Below are positions 1 through 12,680 of a stretch of DNA of 64,000 nt, piece after piece (position 1 is the first letter of the stretch; the number at the start of each line of letters is the position of its first letter). Made by a program: the position numbers and the translations under genes. A model generated the notes under the pieces. That model saw nothing but the letters and a program-made list of their open reading frames with translations. It was not told the origin of the DNA and made no database searches. The stretch comes from Eledone cirrhosa (Eukaryota), in contig OZ024741.1 in assembly GCA_964016885.1 (NCBI GenBank), positions 259,036,001 to 259,100,000 on the forward strand, read 5' to 3'.

Positions 1-3000
1 AAACTCGTAAGTCGAAATACTCGTAAGTCGAAACACTCGTAAGCCGAAACAATCGTAATTCAAAACACTCGTAAGTCGAAACACTCGTAAGCCGAAACAA
101 TCGTAAGTCGAAACACTCGTAAGCCGAAAATACTCGTAAGTCGGAACACCCGTAAGCCGAAACCCTCGTAGGTCGGAACACTCGTAAGTCGAAACACTCG
201 TAAGTCGAAACACCCGTAAGTCGGAACACTCGTAAGTCAGAATACTCGTAAGTCAAAACACTCGTAAACCGGAACACCCGTAAGGCAAAACATTCGCAAG
301 TCAAAACACTCGTAAGTCGAAACACTCGTAAGCCGAAACACTCGTAAGTCGAAACATTCGTAAGTCGAAACACTCGTAAGTCGAAACACTCGTAAGTCAG
401 TGCACCCGTAAGTCAGAACACTCGTAGTCAGAACACTCGTAAGTCGAAACACTCGTAAGTCGAAACACCCGTAAGTCGAAACATCCGTAAGTCAAAACAC
501 TCGTATGTCGAAACACTCGTAAGCCGAAACACTCATAAGTCGAAACACTCGTAAGCCGAAACACCCGTAAGTCAAAACATTCGTAAGTCAAAACACTCGT
601 AAGTCGAAACACCCGTAAGTCAAAACACTCGTATGTCGAAACACTCGTAAGCCGAAACAACGTAAGTAAAAACACTCGTAAGTCGAAACACCCATAAGTC
701 GAAACACTCGTAAGCCGAAACACTCGTAAGTCGAAACACTCATAAGCCGAAACACTCGTAAGTCGGAACACTCGTAAATCAGAACACCCGCAAGTCAGAA
801 CACTCGTGAATCAGAACACTCTTAAGTCGAAACTCACGTACGCTGAAACACTCGTAAGTCGAAACACTCGTAAGTCGAAACATCCTTAAGTCGAAACACT
901 CGTACACCGAAACACTCGTAAGTATAAACATTAGTAAGTCGAAACACTCGTAAGCCGAAACACTCGTAAGTCGAAACACCCGTAAATCGAAACACCCGTA
1001 AGTCAAAACACTCGTATGTCGAAACACTCGTAAACCGAAACACTCGTAAGCCGAAACACCGTAAGTCGAAACACTCGTAAGTCGAAACACTCGTAAGTCG
1101 AAACACTCGTAAGTCGAAACACTCGTAAGCCGAAACACTCGTAAGCCGAAACACTCGTAAGTCGGAACACTCGTAAGTCAGAACACTCATAAGTCAGAAC
1201 ACTCGTAAGTCAGAACACTCGTAAGTCGAAACACTCGTATCGAAACACTCGTATGTCAAAACACCAGTAAGTCGAAGCACTCGTATCGAAACACTCGTAT
1301 GTTAAAACACCAGTAAGTCAAAACACTCGTAAGTCGAAACACTCGTAAGCCGAAACACCGTAAGTCGAAACACCCGTATGTCGAAACACTCGTAAGCCGA
1401 AACACTCGTAAGTCGAAACACTCGTAGTCGAAACACTCGTAAGTCGAAACACCCGTAAGTCGAAACACTCGTAAGTCGAAACACTCGTAAGCCGAAACAC
1501 TCGTAAGTCGAAACACTCATAAGCCGAAACACTCGTAAGTCGAAACACTCGTAAGTCAGAACACTCGTAGTCAGAACACTCGTAAGTCAAACCACTCGTA
1601 AGCCGAAACACTCGTAAGTCGAAACACTCGTAAGTCGAAACACTCGTAAGTCGAAAAACTCGTAAGCCGGAACACTCGTAAGTCAGAACACTCGTAAGTC
1701 AGAACACTCGTAAGTCGAAACACTCGTAAGCCGAAACACCCGTAAGTCGAAACATTCGTAAGTCGAAACACCCGTAAGTCGAAACACTCGTAAGTCGAAA
1801 CACTCGTAAGTCGAAACACCGTAAGTCAAAACACTCGTATGTCGAAACATCCGTAAATCAGAACACTCCTAAGTCAAAACACTCGTAAGTCGAAACACTC
1901 GTAAGTCAAAAATACTCGTAAGTCGAAACACCCTTAAGTAAAAACACTCGTAAGTCGAAACACTCGTAAGCCGAAACACCCGTCAGTCAAAACACCCGTA
2001 AGTCGAAACACTCGTAAGTCAAAAGTCTCGTACGCCGAAACACTCGTAAGTAAAAACATTAGTAAGTCGAAACACTCGTAAGCCGAAACACTCATAAGTC
2101 GAAACACTCGTAAGCCGAAACACCCGTAAGTCAAAACATTCGTAAGTCAAAACACTCGTAAGTCGAAACACCCGTAAGTCGAAACACTCGTATGTCGAAA
2201 CACTCGTAAGCCGAAACACCGTAAGTAAAAACACTCGTAAGTCGAAACACCCACAAGTCGAAACACTCGTAAGCCGAAACACTCGTAAGTCGAAACACTC
2301 ATAAGCCGAAACACTCGTAAGTCGGAACACTCGTAAATCAGAACACCCGCAAGTCAGAACACTAGTATCGAAACACTCGTATGTCAAAACACCCGTAAGT
2401 CAAAACACTCGTAAGTCGAAACACTCGTAAGCCGAAACACCGTAAGTAAAAAAACTCGTAAGTCGAAATACTCGTAAGTCGAAACACTCGTAAGCCGAAA
2501 CAATCGTAATTCAAAACACTCGTAAGTCGAAACACTCGTAAGCCGAAACAATCGTAAGTCGAAACACTCGTAAGCCGAAAATACTCGTAAGTCGGAACAC
2601 CCGTAAGCCGAAACCCTCGTACGTCGGAACACTCGTAAGTCGAAACACTCGTAAGTCGAAACACCCATAAGTCGGAACACTCGTAAGTCAGAATACTCGT
2701 AAGTCAAAACACTCGTAAACCGGAACACCCGTAAGGCAAAACATTCGCACGTCAAAACACTCGTAAGTCGAAACACTCGTAAGCCGAAACACTCGTAAGT
2801 CGAAACACTCGTAAGTCGAAACACTCGTAAGTCGAAACACTCGTAAGTCAGTGCACCCGTAAGTCAGAACACTCGTAGTCAGAACACTCGTAAGTCGAAA
2901 CACTCGTAAGTCGAAACACCCGTAAGTCGAAACATCCGTAAGTCAAAACACTCGTATGTCGAAACACTCGTAAGCCGAAACACTCATAAGTCGAAACACT

Positions 3001-3500
3001 CGTAAGCCGAAACACCCGTAAGTCAAAACATTCGTAAGTCAAAACACTCGTAAGTCGAAACACCCGTAAGTCAAAACACTCGTATGTCGAAACACTCGTA
3101 AGCCGAAACAACGTAAGTAAAAACACTCGTAAGTCGAAACACCCATAAGTCGAAACACTCGTAAGCCGAAACACTCGTAAGTCGAAACACTCATAAGCCG
3201 AAACACTCGTAAGTCGGAACACTCGTAAATCAGAACAACCGCAAGTCAGAACACTCGTGAATCAGAACACTCTTAAGTCGAAACTCACGTACGCTGAAAC
3301 ACTCGTAAGTCGAAACACTCGTAAGTCGAAACATCCTTAAGTCGAAACACTCGTACACCGAAACACTCGTAAGTATAAACATTAGTAAGTCGAAACACTC
3401 GTAAGCCGAAACACTCGTAAGTCGAAACACCCGTAAATCGAAACACCCGTAAGTCAAAACACTCGTATGTCGAAACACTCGTAAACCGAAACACTCGTAA
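1..3500 (+). repeat. 2451-bp higher-order unit plus a partial second copy (boundaries approximate)
   Basis: ORF-track landmarks 237/2688 and 397/2848 are offset by 2451. Rare monomers such as GTCAGTGCAC and AAACTCACGTACGCTG recur at that offset. Confidence 0.85.
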
Positions 3501-4651
3501 GTCGGAACACTCGTAAGTCAGAACACTCGTAAGTCAGAACACTCGTAAGTCGAAACACTCATAAGTCGAAACACTCGTAAGTCGAAACACCCGTAAGTCG
3601 AAACCCCCGTAAGTCGAAACACTCGTATGTCGAATAACTCGTAAGCCGAAACACCGTAAGTCAAAACACTCGTAAGTCGAAACACTCGTAAGTCGAAACA
3701 CCCATAAGCCGAAACACTCGTAAGCCAAAACATTCGTAAGTCGAAACACTCGTAAACCGAAACACTCGTAAGCCAAAACATTCGTAAGTCGAAACACTCG
3801 TAAGTCGAAACACCCATAGCCGAAACACTCGTAAGTCGGAACACACGTAAGTCAGAACACCCGTAAGTCAGAACACTCGTAAGTCAGAACACTCGTAAGT
3901 CAGAACACTCGTAAGTCAGAGCACTCGTATCGAAACACTCGTATGTCAAAACACCCGTAAGTCAAAACACTCGTAAGTCGAAACACTCGTAAGCCGAAAC
4001 ACCGTAAGCCAAAACACTCGTAAGTCGAAACACCCGTAAGTCGGAACACTCGTAAGTCGAAACACTCGTAAGTCGAAACACTCGTAAGCCGAAACACTCG
4101 TAAGCCGAAACACTCGTAAGTCGGAACACTCGTAAGTCGGAACACTCGTAAGTCAGAACACTCGTAAGTCAGAACACTCGTAAGTCAGAACACTCGTAAG
4201 TCAGAATACTCGTAAGTCGAAACACTCGTATCGAAACACTCGTATGTCAAAACACCCGTAAGTCAAAACACTCGTAAGTCGAAACACTCGTAAGTCGAAA
4301 CACTCGTATGTCGAAACATCCGTAAATCAGAACACTCGTAAGTCGAAACACTCGTAAGTCGAAACACTCGTAAGCCGAAACACTCGTAAGTCGAAACACT
4401 CGTATCGAAACACTCGTAAGTCGAAACACCCTTAAGTCAAAACACTCGTAAGCCAAAACACTCGTAAGTCGAAACACTCGTAAGTCGGAACACTCGTAAG
4501 TCAGAACACTCGTAAGTCAGAACACTCGTAAGTGGAAACACGCGTAAGTCGAAAGACCCGTAAGTCAAAATTCTCGTAAGTCAAAACACTCGTAAGCCGA
4601 AACACTCGTAAGTCGAAACACTCGTAAGTCGAAACATTCGTAAAGCGAAAC

Positions 4652-4720
4652 GTATAAATAAAGATTAATGTAATGAACTTGAAAAGCATAGATATTTGAA
4701 ACCGCGTCTATTTGTTATTT
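4652..4720. repeat. 69-bp AT-rich cassette, subtype A
   Basis: GTATAAATAAAGATTAATGTAATGAACTTGAAAAGCATAGATATTTGAAACCGCGTCTATTTGTTATTT (17/69 GC) replaces the AC between GAAAC and TCGTAAG of a monomer. Subtype A has gaaCtt and agaTat. Confidence 0.95.
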
Positions 4721-5834
4721 TCGTAAGTCGAAACACTCGTAAGTCAGAACACTCGTAAGTCAGAACACTCTTAAGTGAGAACACTCGTATCGAAACACTC
4801 GTATGTCAAAACACCCGTAAGTCAAAACACTCGTAAGTCGAAACACTCGTAAGTCGAAACACTCGTAAGCCGAAACAATCGTAAGTTAAAACACTCGTAA
4901 GTCGAAACACTGGTAAGCCGAAAATACTCGTAAGTCGGAACACCCGTAAGCCGAAACCCTCGTAGGTCGGAACACTCGTAAGTCGAAACACTCGTAAGTC
5001 GAAACACCCGTAAGTCGAAACACTCGTAAGTCGAAACACCCGTAAGTCGAAACATCCGTAAGTCAAAACACTCGTATGTCGAAACACTCGTAAGCCGAGA
5101 CACTCGTAAGTCGGAACACTCGCAAGTCAGAACACTCGTAAGTCAGAACACTCGTAAGTCGAAACACTCGTAAGTCGAAACACCCGTAAGTCGAAACGCC
5201 CGTAAGTCAAAACACTCGTATGTCGAAACACTCGCAAGCCGAAAAACCGTAAGTCAAAACACTCGTAAGTCGAAACACTCGTAAGTCGAAACACTCGTAA
5301 GTCGAAACACTCGTAAGCCGAAACACTCGTAAGCGAAAACATTCGTAAGTCGAAACACTCGTAACCCGAAACACTCGTAAGTCGAAACACTCGAAAGCCG
5401 AAACACTCGTAAGTCGAAACACTCATAAGCCGAAACACTCGTAAGTCGGAACACTCGTAAGTCAGAACACCCGTAAGTCAGAACACTCGTAGTCAGAACA
5501 CTCGTAAGTCGAAACACTCGTAATCCGAAACACTCTTAAGTCGAAACACTCGTAAGTCGGAAGACTCGTAAGTCAGAACACTCGTAAGTCAGAACACTCG
5601 TAAGTCGAAACACTCGTAAGCCGAAACATCCGTAAGTCAAAACATCCGTAAGTCAAAACATTCGTAAGTCGAAACACCCGTAGTCGAAACACTCGCATGT
5701 CGAAACACTCGTAAGTCGAAACACGCGTAAGTCGAAACACATGTAAGTCAAAACACTCGTAAGTCAAAACACTCGTAAGCCGAAACACTCGTAAGTCGAA
5801 ACACTCGTAAGTTGAAACACTCGTAAAGCGAAAC

Positions 5835-5903
5835 GTATAAATAAAGATTAATGTAATGAATTTGAAAAGCATAGAGATTTGAAACCGCGTCTATTTGTTA
5901 TTT
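5835..5903. repeat. 69-bp AT-rich cassette, subtype B
   Basis: Same cassette with gaaTtt and agaGat, 1183 bp after the A copy. Confidence 0.95.
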
Positions 5904-6179
5904 TCGTAAGTCGAAACACTCGTAAGCCGAAACACTCGTGAGCCGAAACACTCGTAAGTCGGAACACTCGTAAGTCAGAACACTCGTAAGTCAGAACACT
6001 CGTAAGTTAGAACACTCGTAAGTCAGAACACTCGTAAGTCAGAACACTCGTAAGTCAGATCACTCGTAAGTCGAAACACTCGTATCGAAACACTCGTATG
6101 TCAAAACACCAGTAAGTCAAAACACTCGTAAGTCGAAACACTCGTAAGCCGAAACACCGTAAGTCAAAACACTCGTAAG

Positions 6180-9100
6180 TCGAAACACTCGTAAGTCGAA
6201 ACACTCGTAAGTCGAAACACTCGTAAGTCGAAACACTCGTAAGCCGAAACACTCGTAAGCCGAAACACTCGTAAGTCGGAACACTCATAAGTCAGAACAC
6301 TCGTAAGTCAGAACACTCGTAAGTCGAAACACTCGTAAGCCGAAACACCGTAAGTCGAAACACCCGTATGTCGAAACACTCGTAAGCCGAAACACTCTTA
6401 AGTCGAAACACTCATAAGCCGAAACACTCGTAAGTCGGAACACTCGTAAATCAGAACACCCGCAAGTCAGAACACTCGTAAATCAGAACACTCTTAAGTC
6501 GAAACTTACGTACGCCGAAACAATCGTAAGTCGAAACACTCGTAAGTCGAAACATCCTTAAGTCGAAACACTCGTACACCGAAACACTCGTAAGTATAAA
6601 CATTAGTAAGTCGAAACACTCGTATGTCGAAACACTCGTAAACCGAAACACTCGTAAGTCGGAACACTCGTAAGTCAGAACACTCGTAAGTCAGAACACT
6701 CGTAAGTCGAAACACTCATAAGTCGAAACACCCGTAAGTCGAAACACTCGTATGTCGAATAACTCGTAAGCCGAAACACCGTAAGTCAAAACACTCGTAA
6801 GTCGAAACACTCGTAAGTCGAAACACCCATAAGCCGAAACACTCGTAAGCCAAAACATTCGTAAGTCGAAACACTCGTAAACCGAAACACTCGTAAGCCA
6901 AAACATTCGTAAGTCGAAACACTCGTAAGTCGAAACACCCATAGCCGAAACACTTGTAAGTCTGAACACACGTAAGTCAGAACACCCGTAAGTCAGAACA
7001 CTCGTAAGTCAGAACACTCGTAAGTCAGAACACTCGTAAGTCAGAACACTCGTAAGTCAGAGCACTCGTATCGAAACACTCGTATGTCAAAACACCCGTA
7101 AGTCAAAACACTCGTAAGTCGAAACACTCGTAAGCCGAAACACCGTAAGCCAAAACACTCGTAAGTCGAAACACCCCTAAGTCGGAACACTCGTAAGTCG
7201 AAACACTCGTAAGTCGAAACACTCGTAAGCCGAAACACTCGTAAGCCGAAACACTCGTAAGTCGGAACACTCGTAAGTCGGAACACTCGTAAGTCAGAAC
7301 ACTCGTAAGTCAGAACACTCGTAAGTCAGAACACTCGTAAGTCAGAACACTCGTAAGTCGAAACACTCGTATCGAAACACTCGTATGTCAAAACACCCGT
7401 AAGTCAAAACACTCGTAAGTCGAAACACTCGTAAGTCGAAACATTCGTAAGTCGAAACATCCGTAAATCAGAACACTCTTAAGTCGAAACACTCGTAAGT
7501 CGAAACACTCGTAAGCCGAAACACTCGTAAGTCGAAGCACTCGTATCGAAACACTCGTAAGTCGAAACACCCTTAAGTCAAAACACTCGTAAGCCCAAAC
7601 ACTCGTAAGTCGAAACACTCGTAAGTCGGAACACTCGTAAGTCAGAACACTCGTAAGTCAGAACACTCGTAAGTGGAAACACGCGTAAGTCGAAACACTC
7701 ATAAGTCGAAACACTCGTAAGTCGAAACACCCGTAAGTCGAAACACCCGTAAGTCGAAACACTCGTATGTCGAATAACTCGTAAGCCGAAACACCGTAAG
7801 TCAAAACACTCGTAAGTCGAAACACTCGTAAGTCGAAACACCCATAAGCCGAAACACTCGTAAGCCAAAACATTCGTAAGTCGAAACACTCGTAAACCGA
7901 AACACTCGTAAGCCAAAACATTCGTAAGTCGAAACACTCGTAAGTCGAAACACCCATAGCCGAAACACTCGTAAGTCTGAACACACGTAAGTCAGAACAG
8001 CCGTAAGTCAGAACACTCGTAAGTCAGAACACTCGTAAGTCAGAACACTCGTAAGTCAGAGCACTCGTATCGAAACACTCGTATGTCAAAACACCCGTAA
8101 GTCAAAACACTCGTAAGTCGAAACACTCGTAAGCCGAAACACCGTAAGCCAAAACACTCGTAAGTCGAAACACCCGTAAGTCGGAACACTCGTAAGTCGA
8201 AACACTCGTAAGTCGAAACACTCGTAAGCCGAAACACTCGTAAGCCGAAACACTCGTAAGTCGGAACACTCGTAAGTCGGAACACTCGTAAGTCAGAACA
8301 CTCGTAAGTCAGAACACTCGTAAGTCAGAACACTCGTAAGTCAGAACACTCGTATCAAAACACTCGTATGTCAAAACACCCTTAAGTCAAAACACTCGTA
8401 AGTCGAAACACTCGTAAGTCGAAACACTCGTATGTCGAAACATCCGTAAATCAGAACACTCGTAAGTCGAAACACTCGTAAGTCGAAACACTCGTAAGCC
8501 GAAACACTCGTAAGTCGAAGCACTCGTATCGAAACACTCGTAAGTCGAAACACCCTTAAGTCAAAACACTCGTAAGCCAAAACACTCGTAAGTCGAAACA
8601 CTCGTAAGTCGGAACACTCGTAAGTCAGAACACTCGTAAGTCAGAACACTCGTAAGTGGAAACACGCGTAAGTCGAAAGACCCGTAAGTCAAAAATCTCG
8701 TAAGTCAAAACACTCGTAAGCCGAAACACTCGTAAGTCGAAACACTCGTAAGTCGAAACACCCGTAAGTCGGAACACTCGTAAGTCAGAATACTCGTAAG
8801 TCAAAACACTCGTAAACCGGAACACCCGTAAGGCAAAACATTCGCATGTCAAAACACTCGTAAGTCGAAACACTCGTAAGCCGAAACACTCGTAAGTCGA
8901 AACACTCGTAAGTCGAAACACTCGTAAGTCGAAACACTCGTAAGTCAGTGCACCCGTAAGTCAGAACACTCGTAGTCAGAATACTCGTAAGTCGAAACAC
9001 TCGTATGTCGAAACACCCGTAAGTCGAAACATCCGTAAGTCAAAACACTCGTATGTCGAAACACTCGTAAGCCGAAACACTCATAAGTCGAAACACTCGT

Positions 9101-11700
9101 AAGCCGAAACACCCGTAAGTCAAAACATTCGTAAATCAAAACACTCGTAAGTCGAAACACCCGTAAGTCAAAACACTCGTATGTCGAAACACTCGTAAGC
9201 CGAAACAACGTAAGTAAAAACACTCGTAAGTCGAAACACCCATAAGTCGAAACACTCGTAAGCCGAAACACTCGTAAGTCGAAACACTCATAAGCCGAAA
9301 CACTCGTAAGTCGGAACACTCGTAAATCAGAACACCCGCAAGTCAGAACACTCGTAAATCAGAACACTCTTAAGTCGAAACTCACGTACGCTGAAACACT
9401 CGTAAGTCGAAACACTCGTAAGTCGAAACATCCTTAAGTCGAAACACTCGTACACCGAAACACTCGTAAGTATAAACATTAGTAAGTCGAAACACTCGTA
9501 AGCCGAAACACTCGTAAGTCGAAACACCCGTAAATCGAAACACCCGTAAGTCAAAACACTCGTATGTCGAAACACTCGTAAACCGAAACACTCGTAAGTC
9601 GGAACACTCGTAAGTCAGAACACTCGTAAGTCAGAACACTCGTAAGTCGAAACACTCATAAGTCGAAACACTCGTAAGTCGAAACACCCGTAAGTCGAAA
9701 CCCCCGTAAGTCGAAACACTCGTATGTCGAATAACTCGTAAGCCGAAACACCGTAAGTCAAAACACTCGTAAGTCGAAACACTCGTAAGTCGAAACACTC
9801 GTAAGCCGAAACACCGTAAGCCAAAACACTCGTAAGTCGAAACACCCGTAAGTCGAAACACTCGTAAGTCGAAACACTCGTAAGTCGAAACACTCGTAAG
9901 CCGAAACACTCGTAAGCCGAAACACTCGTAAGTCGGAACACTCATAAGTCAGAACACTCGTAAGTCAGAACACTCGTAAGTCGAAACACTCGTAAGCCGA
10001 AACACCGTAAGTCGAAACACCCGTATGTCGAAACACTCGTAAGCCGAAACACTCTTAAGTCGAAACACTCATAAGCCGAAACACTCGTAAGTCGGAACAC
10101 TCGTAAATCAGAACACCCGCAAGTCAGAACACTCGTAAATCAGAACACTCTTAAGTCGAAACTTACGTACGCCAAAACAATCGTAAGTCGAAACACTCGT
10201 AAGTCGAAACATCCTTAAGTCGAAACACTCGTACACCGAAACACTCGTAAGTATAGACATTAGTAAGTCGAAACACTCGTATGTCGAAACACTCGTAAAC
10301 CGAAACACTCGTAAGTCGGAACACTCGTAAGTCAGAACACTCGTAAGTCAGAACACTCGTAAGTCGAAACACTCATAAGTCGAAACACCCGTAAGTCGAA
10401 ACACTCGTATGTCGAATAACTCGTAAGCCGAAACACCGTAAGTCAAAACACTCGTAAGTCGAAACACTCGTAAGTCGAAACACCCATAAGCCGAAACACT
10501 CGTAAGCCAAAACATTCGTAAGTCGAAACACTCGTAAACCGAAACACTCGTAAGCCAAAACATTCGTAAGTCGAAACACTCGTAAGTCGAAACACCCATA
10601 GCCGAAACACTTGTAAGTCTGAACACACGTAAGTCAGAACACCCGTAAGTCAGAACACTCGTAAGTCAGAACACTCGTAAGTCAGAACACTCGTAAGTCA
10701 GAACACTCGTAAGTCAGAGCACTCGTATCGAAACACTCGTATGTCAAAACACCCGTAAGTCAAAACACTCGTAAGTCGAAACACTCGTAAGCCGAAACAC
10801 CGTAAGCCAAAACACTCGTAAGTCGAAACACCCCTAAGTCGGAACACTCGTAAGTCGAAACACTCGTAAGTCGAAACACTCGTAAGCCGAAACACTCGTA
10901 AGCCGAAACACTCGTAAGTCGGAACACTCGTAAGTCGGAACACTCGTAAGTCAGAACACTCGTAAGTCAGAACACTCGTAAGTCAGAACACTCGTAAGTC
11001 AGAACACTCGTAAGTCGAAACACTCGTATCGAAACACTCGTATGTCAAAACACCCGTAAGTCAAAACACTCGTAAGTCGAAACACTCGTAAGTCGAAACA
11101 TTCGTAAGTCGAAACATCCGTAAATCAGAACACTCTTAAGTCGAAACACTCGTAAGTCGAAACACTCGTAAGCCGAAACACTCGTAAGTCGAAGCACTCG
11201 TATCGAAACACTCGTAAGTCGAAACACCCTTAAGTCAAAACACTCGTAAGCCCAAACACTCGTAAGTCGAAACACTCGTAAGTCGGAACACTCGTAAGTC
11301 AGAACACTCGTAAGTCAGAACACTCGTAAGTGGAAACACGCGTAAGTCGAAACACTCATAAGTCGAACCACTCGTAAGTCGAAACACCCGTAAGTCGAAA
11401 CACCCGTAAGTCGAAACACTCGTATGTCGAATAACTCGTAAGCCGAAACACCGTAAGTCAAAACACTCGTAAGTCGAAACACTCGTAAGTCGAAACACCC
11501 ATAAGCCGAAACACTCGTAAGCCAAAACATTCGTAAGTCGAAACACTCGTAAACCGAAACACTCGTAAGCCAAAACATTCGTAAGTCGAAACACTCGTAA
11601 GTCGAAACACCCATAGCCGAAACACTCGTAAGTCTGAACACACGTAAGTCAGAACAGCCGTAAGTCAGAACACTCGTAAGTCAGAACACTCGTAAGTCAG
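6180..11700 (+). repeat. 3657-bp higher-order unit plus a partial copy (boundaries approximate)
   Basis: Landmarks 6451/10108, 7041/10698, 7388/11045 and 7658/11315 are all offset by 3657. The same offset recurs at 16087/19744. Confidence 0.8.
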
Positions 11701-12680
11701 AACACTCGTAAGTCAGAACACTCGTAAGTCAGAGCACTCGTATCGAAACACTCGTATGTCAAAACACCCGTAAGTCAAAACACTCGTAAGTCGAAACACT
11801 CGTAAGCCGAAACACCGTAAGCCAAAACACTCGTAAGTCGAAACACCCCTAAGTCGGAACACTCGTAAGTCGAAACACTCGTAAGTCGAAACACTCGTAA
11901 GCCGAAACACTCGTAAGCCGAAACACTCGTAAGTCGGAACACTCGTAAGTCGGAACACTCGTAAGTCAGAACACTCGTAAGTCAGAACACTCGTAAGTCA
12001 GAACACTCGTAAGTCAGAACACTCGTAAGTCGAAACACTCGTATCGAAACACTCGTATGTCAAAACACCCGTAAGTCAAAACACTCGTAAGTCGAAACAC
12101 TCGTAAGTCGAAACATTCGTAAGTCGAAACATCCGTAAATCAGAACACTCTTAAGTCGAAACACTCGTAAGTCGAAACACTCGTAAGCCGAAACACTCGT
12201 AAGTCGAAGCACTCGTATCGAAACACTCGTAAGTCGAAACACCCTTAAGTCAAAACACTCGTAAGCCCAAACACTCGTAAGTCGAAACACTCGTAAGTCG
12301 GAACACTCGTAAGTCAGAACACTCGTAAGTCAGAACACTCGTAAGTGGAAACACGCGTAAGTCGAAACACTCATAAGTCGAACCACTCGTAAGTCGAAAC
12401 ACCCGTAAGTCGAAACACCCGTAAGTCGAAACACTCGTATGTCGAATAACTCGTAAGCCGAAACACCGTAAGTCAAAACACTCGTAAGTCGAAACACTCG
12501 TAAGTCGAAACACACATAAGCCGAAACACTCGTAAGCCAAAACATTCGTAAGTCGAAACACTCGTAAACCGAAACACTCGTAAGCCAAAACATTCGTAAG
12601 TCGAAACACTCGTAAGTCGAAACACCCATAGCCGAAACACTCGTAAGTCTGAACACACGTAAGTCAGAACAGCCGTAAGT
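10650..12680 (+). repeat. Tandem duplication of a 1015-bp block (boundaries approximate)
   Basis: Landmarks 10698/11713, 11045/12060 and 11315/12330 are offset by 1015. Rare monomers AAGCCCAAAC and GTCGAACCAC are shared. Confidence 0.85.

Noticed and set aside
4652-4720. Cassette as an active MITE or structured RNA
   Set aside because: Only short complementarities are present (AAATAA/TTATTT near the ends, ATAGA/TCTAT inside), which are expected by chance in AT-rich DNA. There is no target-site duplication, and identical flanks show spread by duplication rather than independent insertion.
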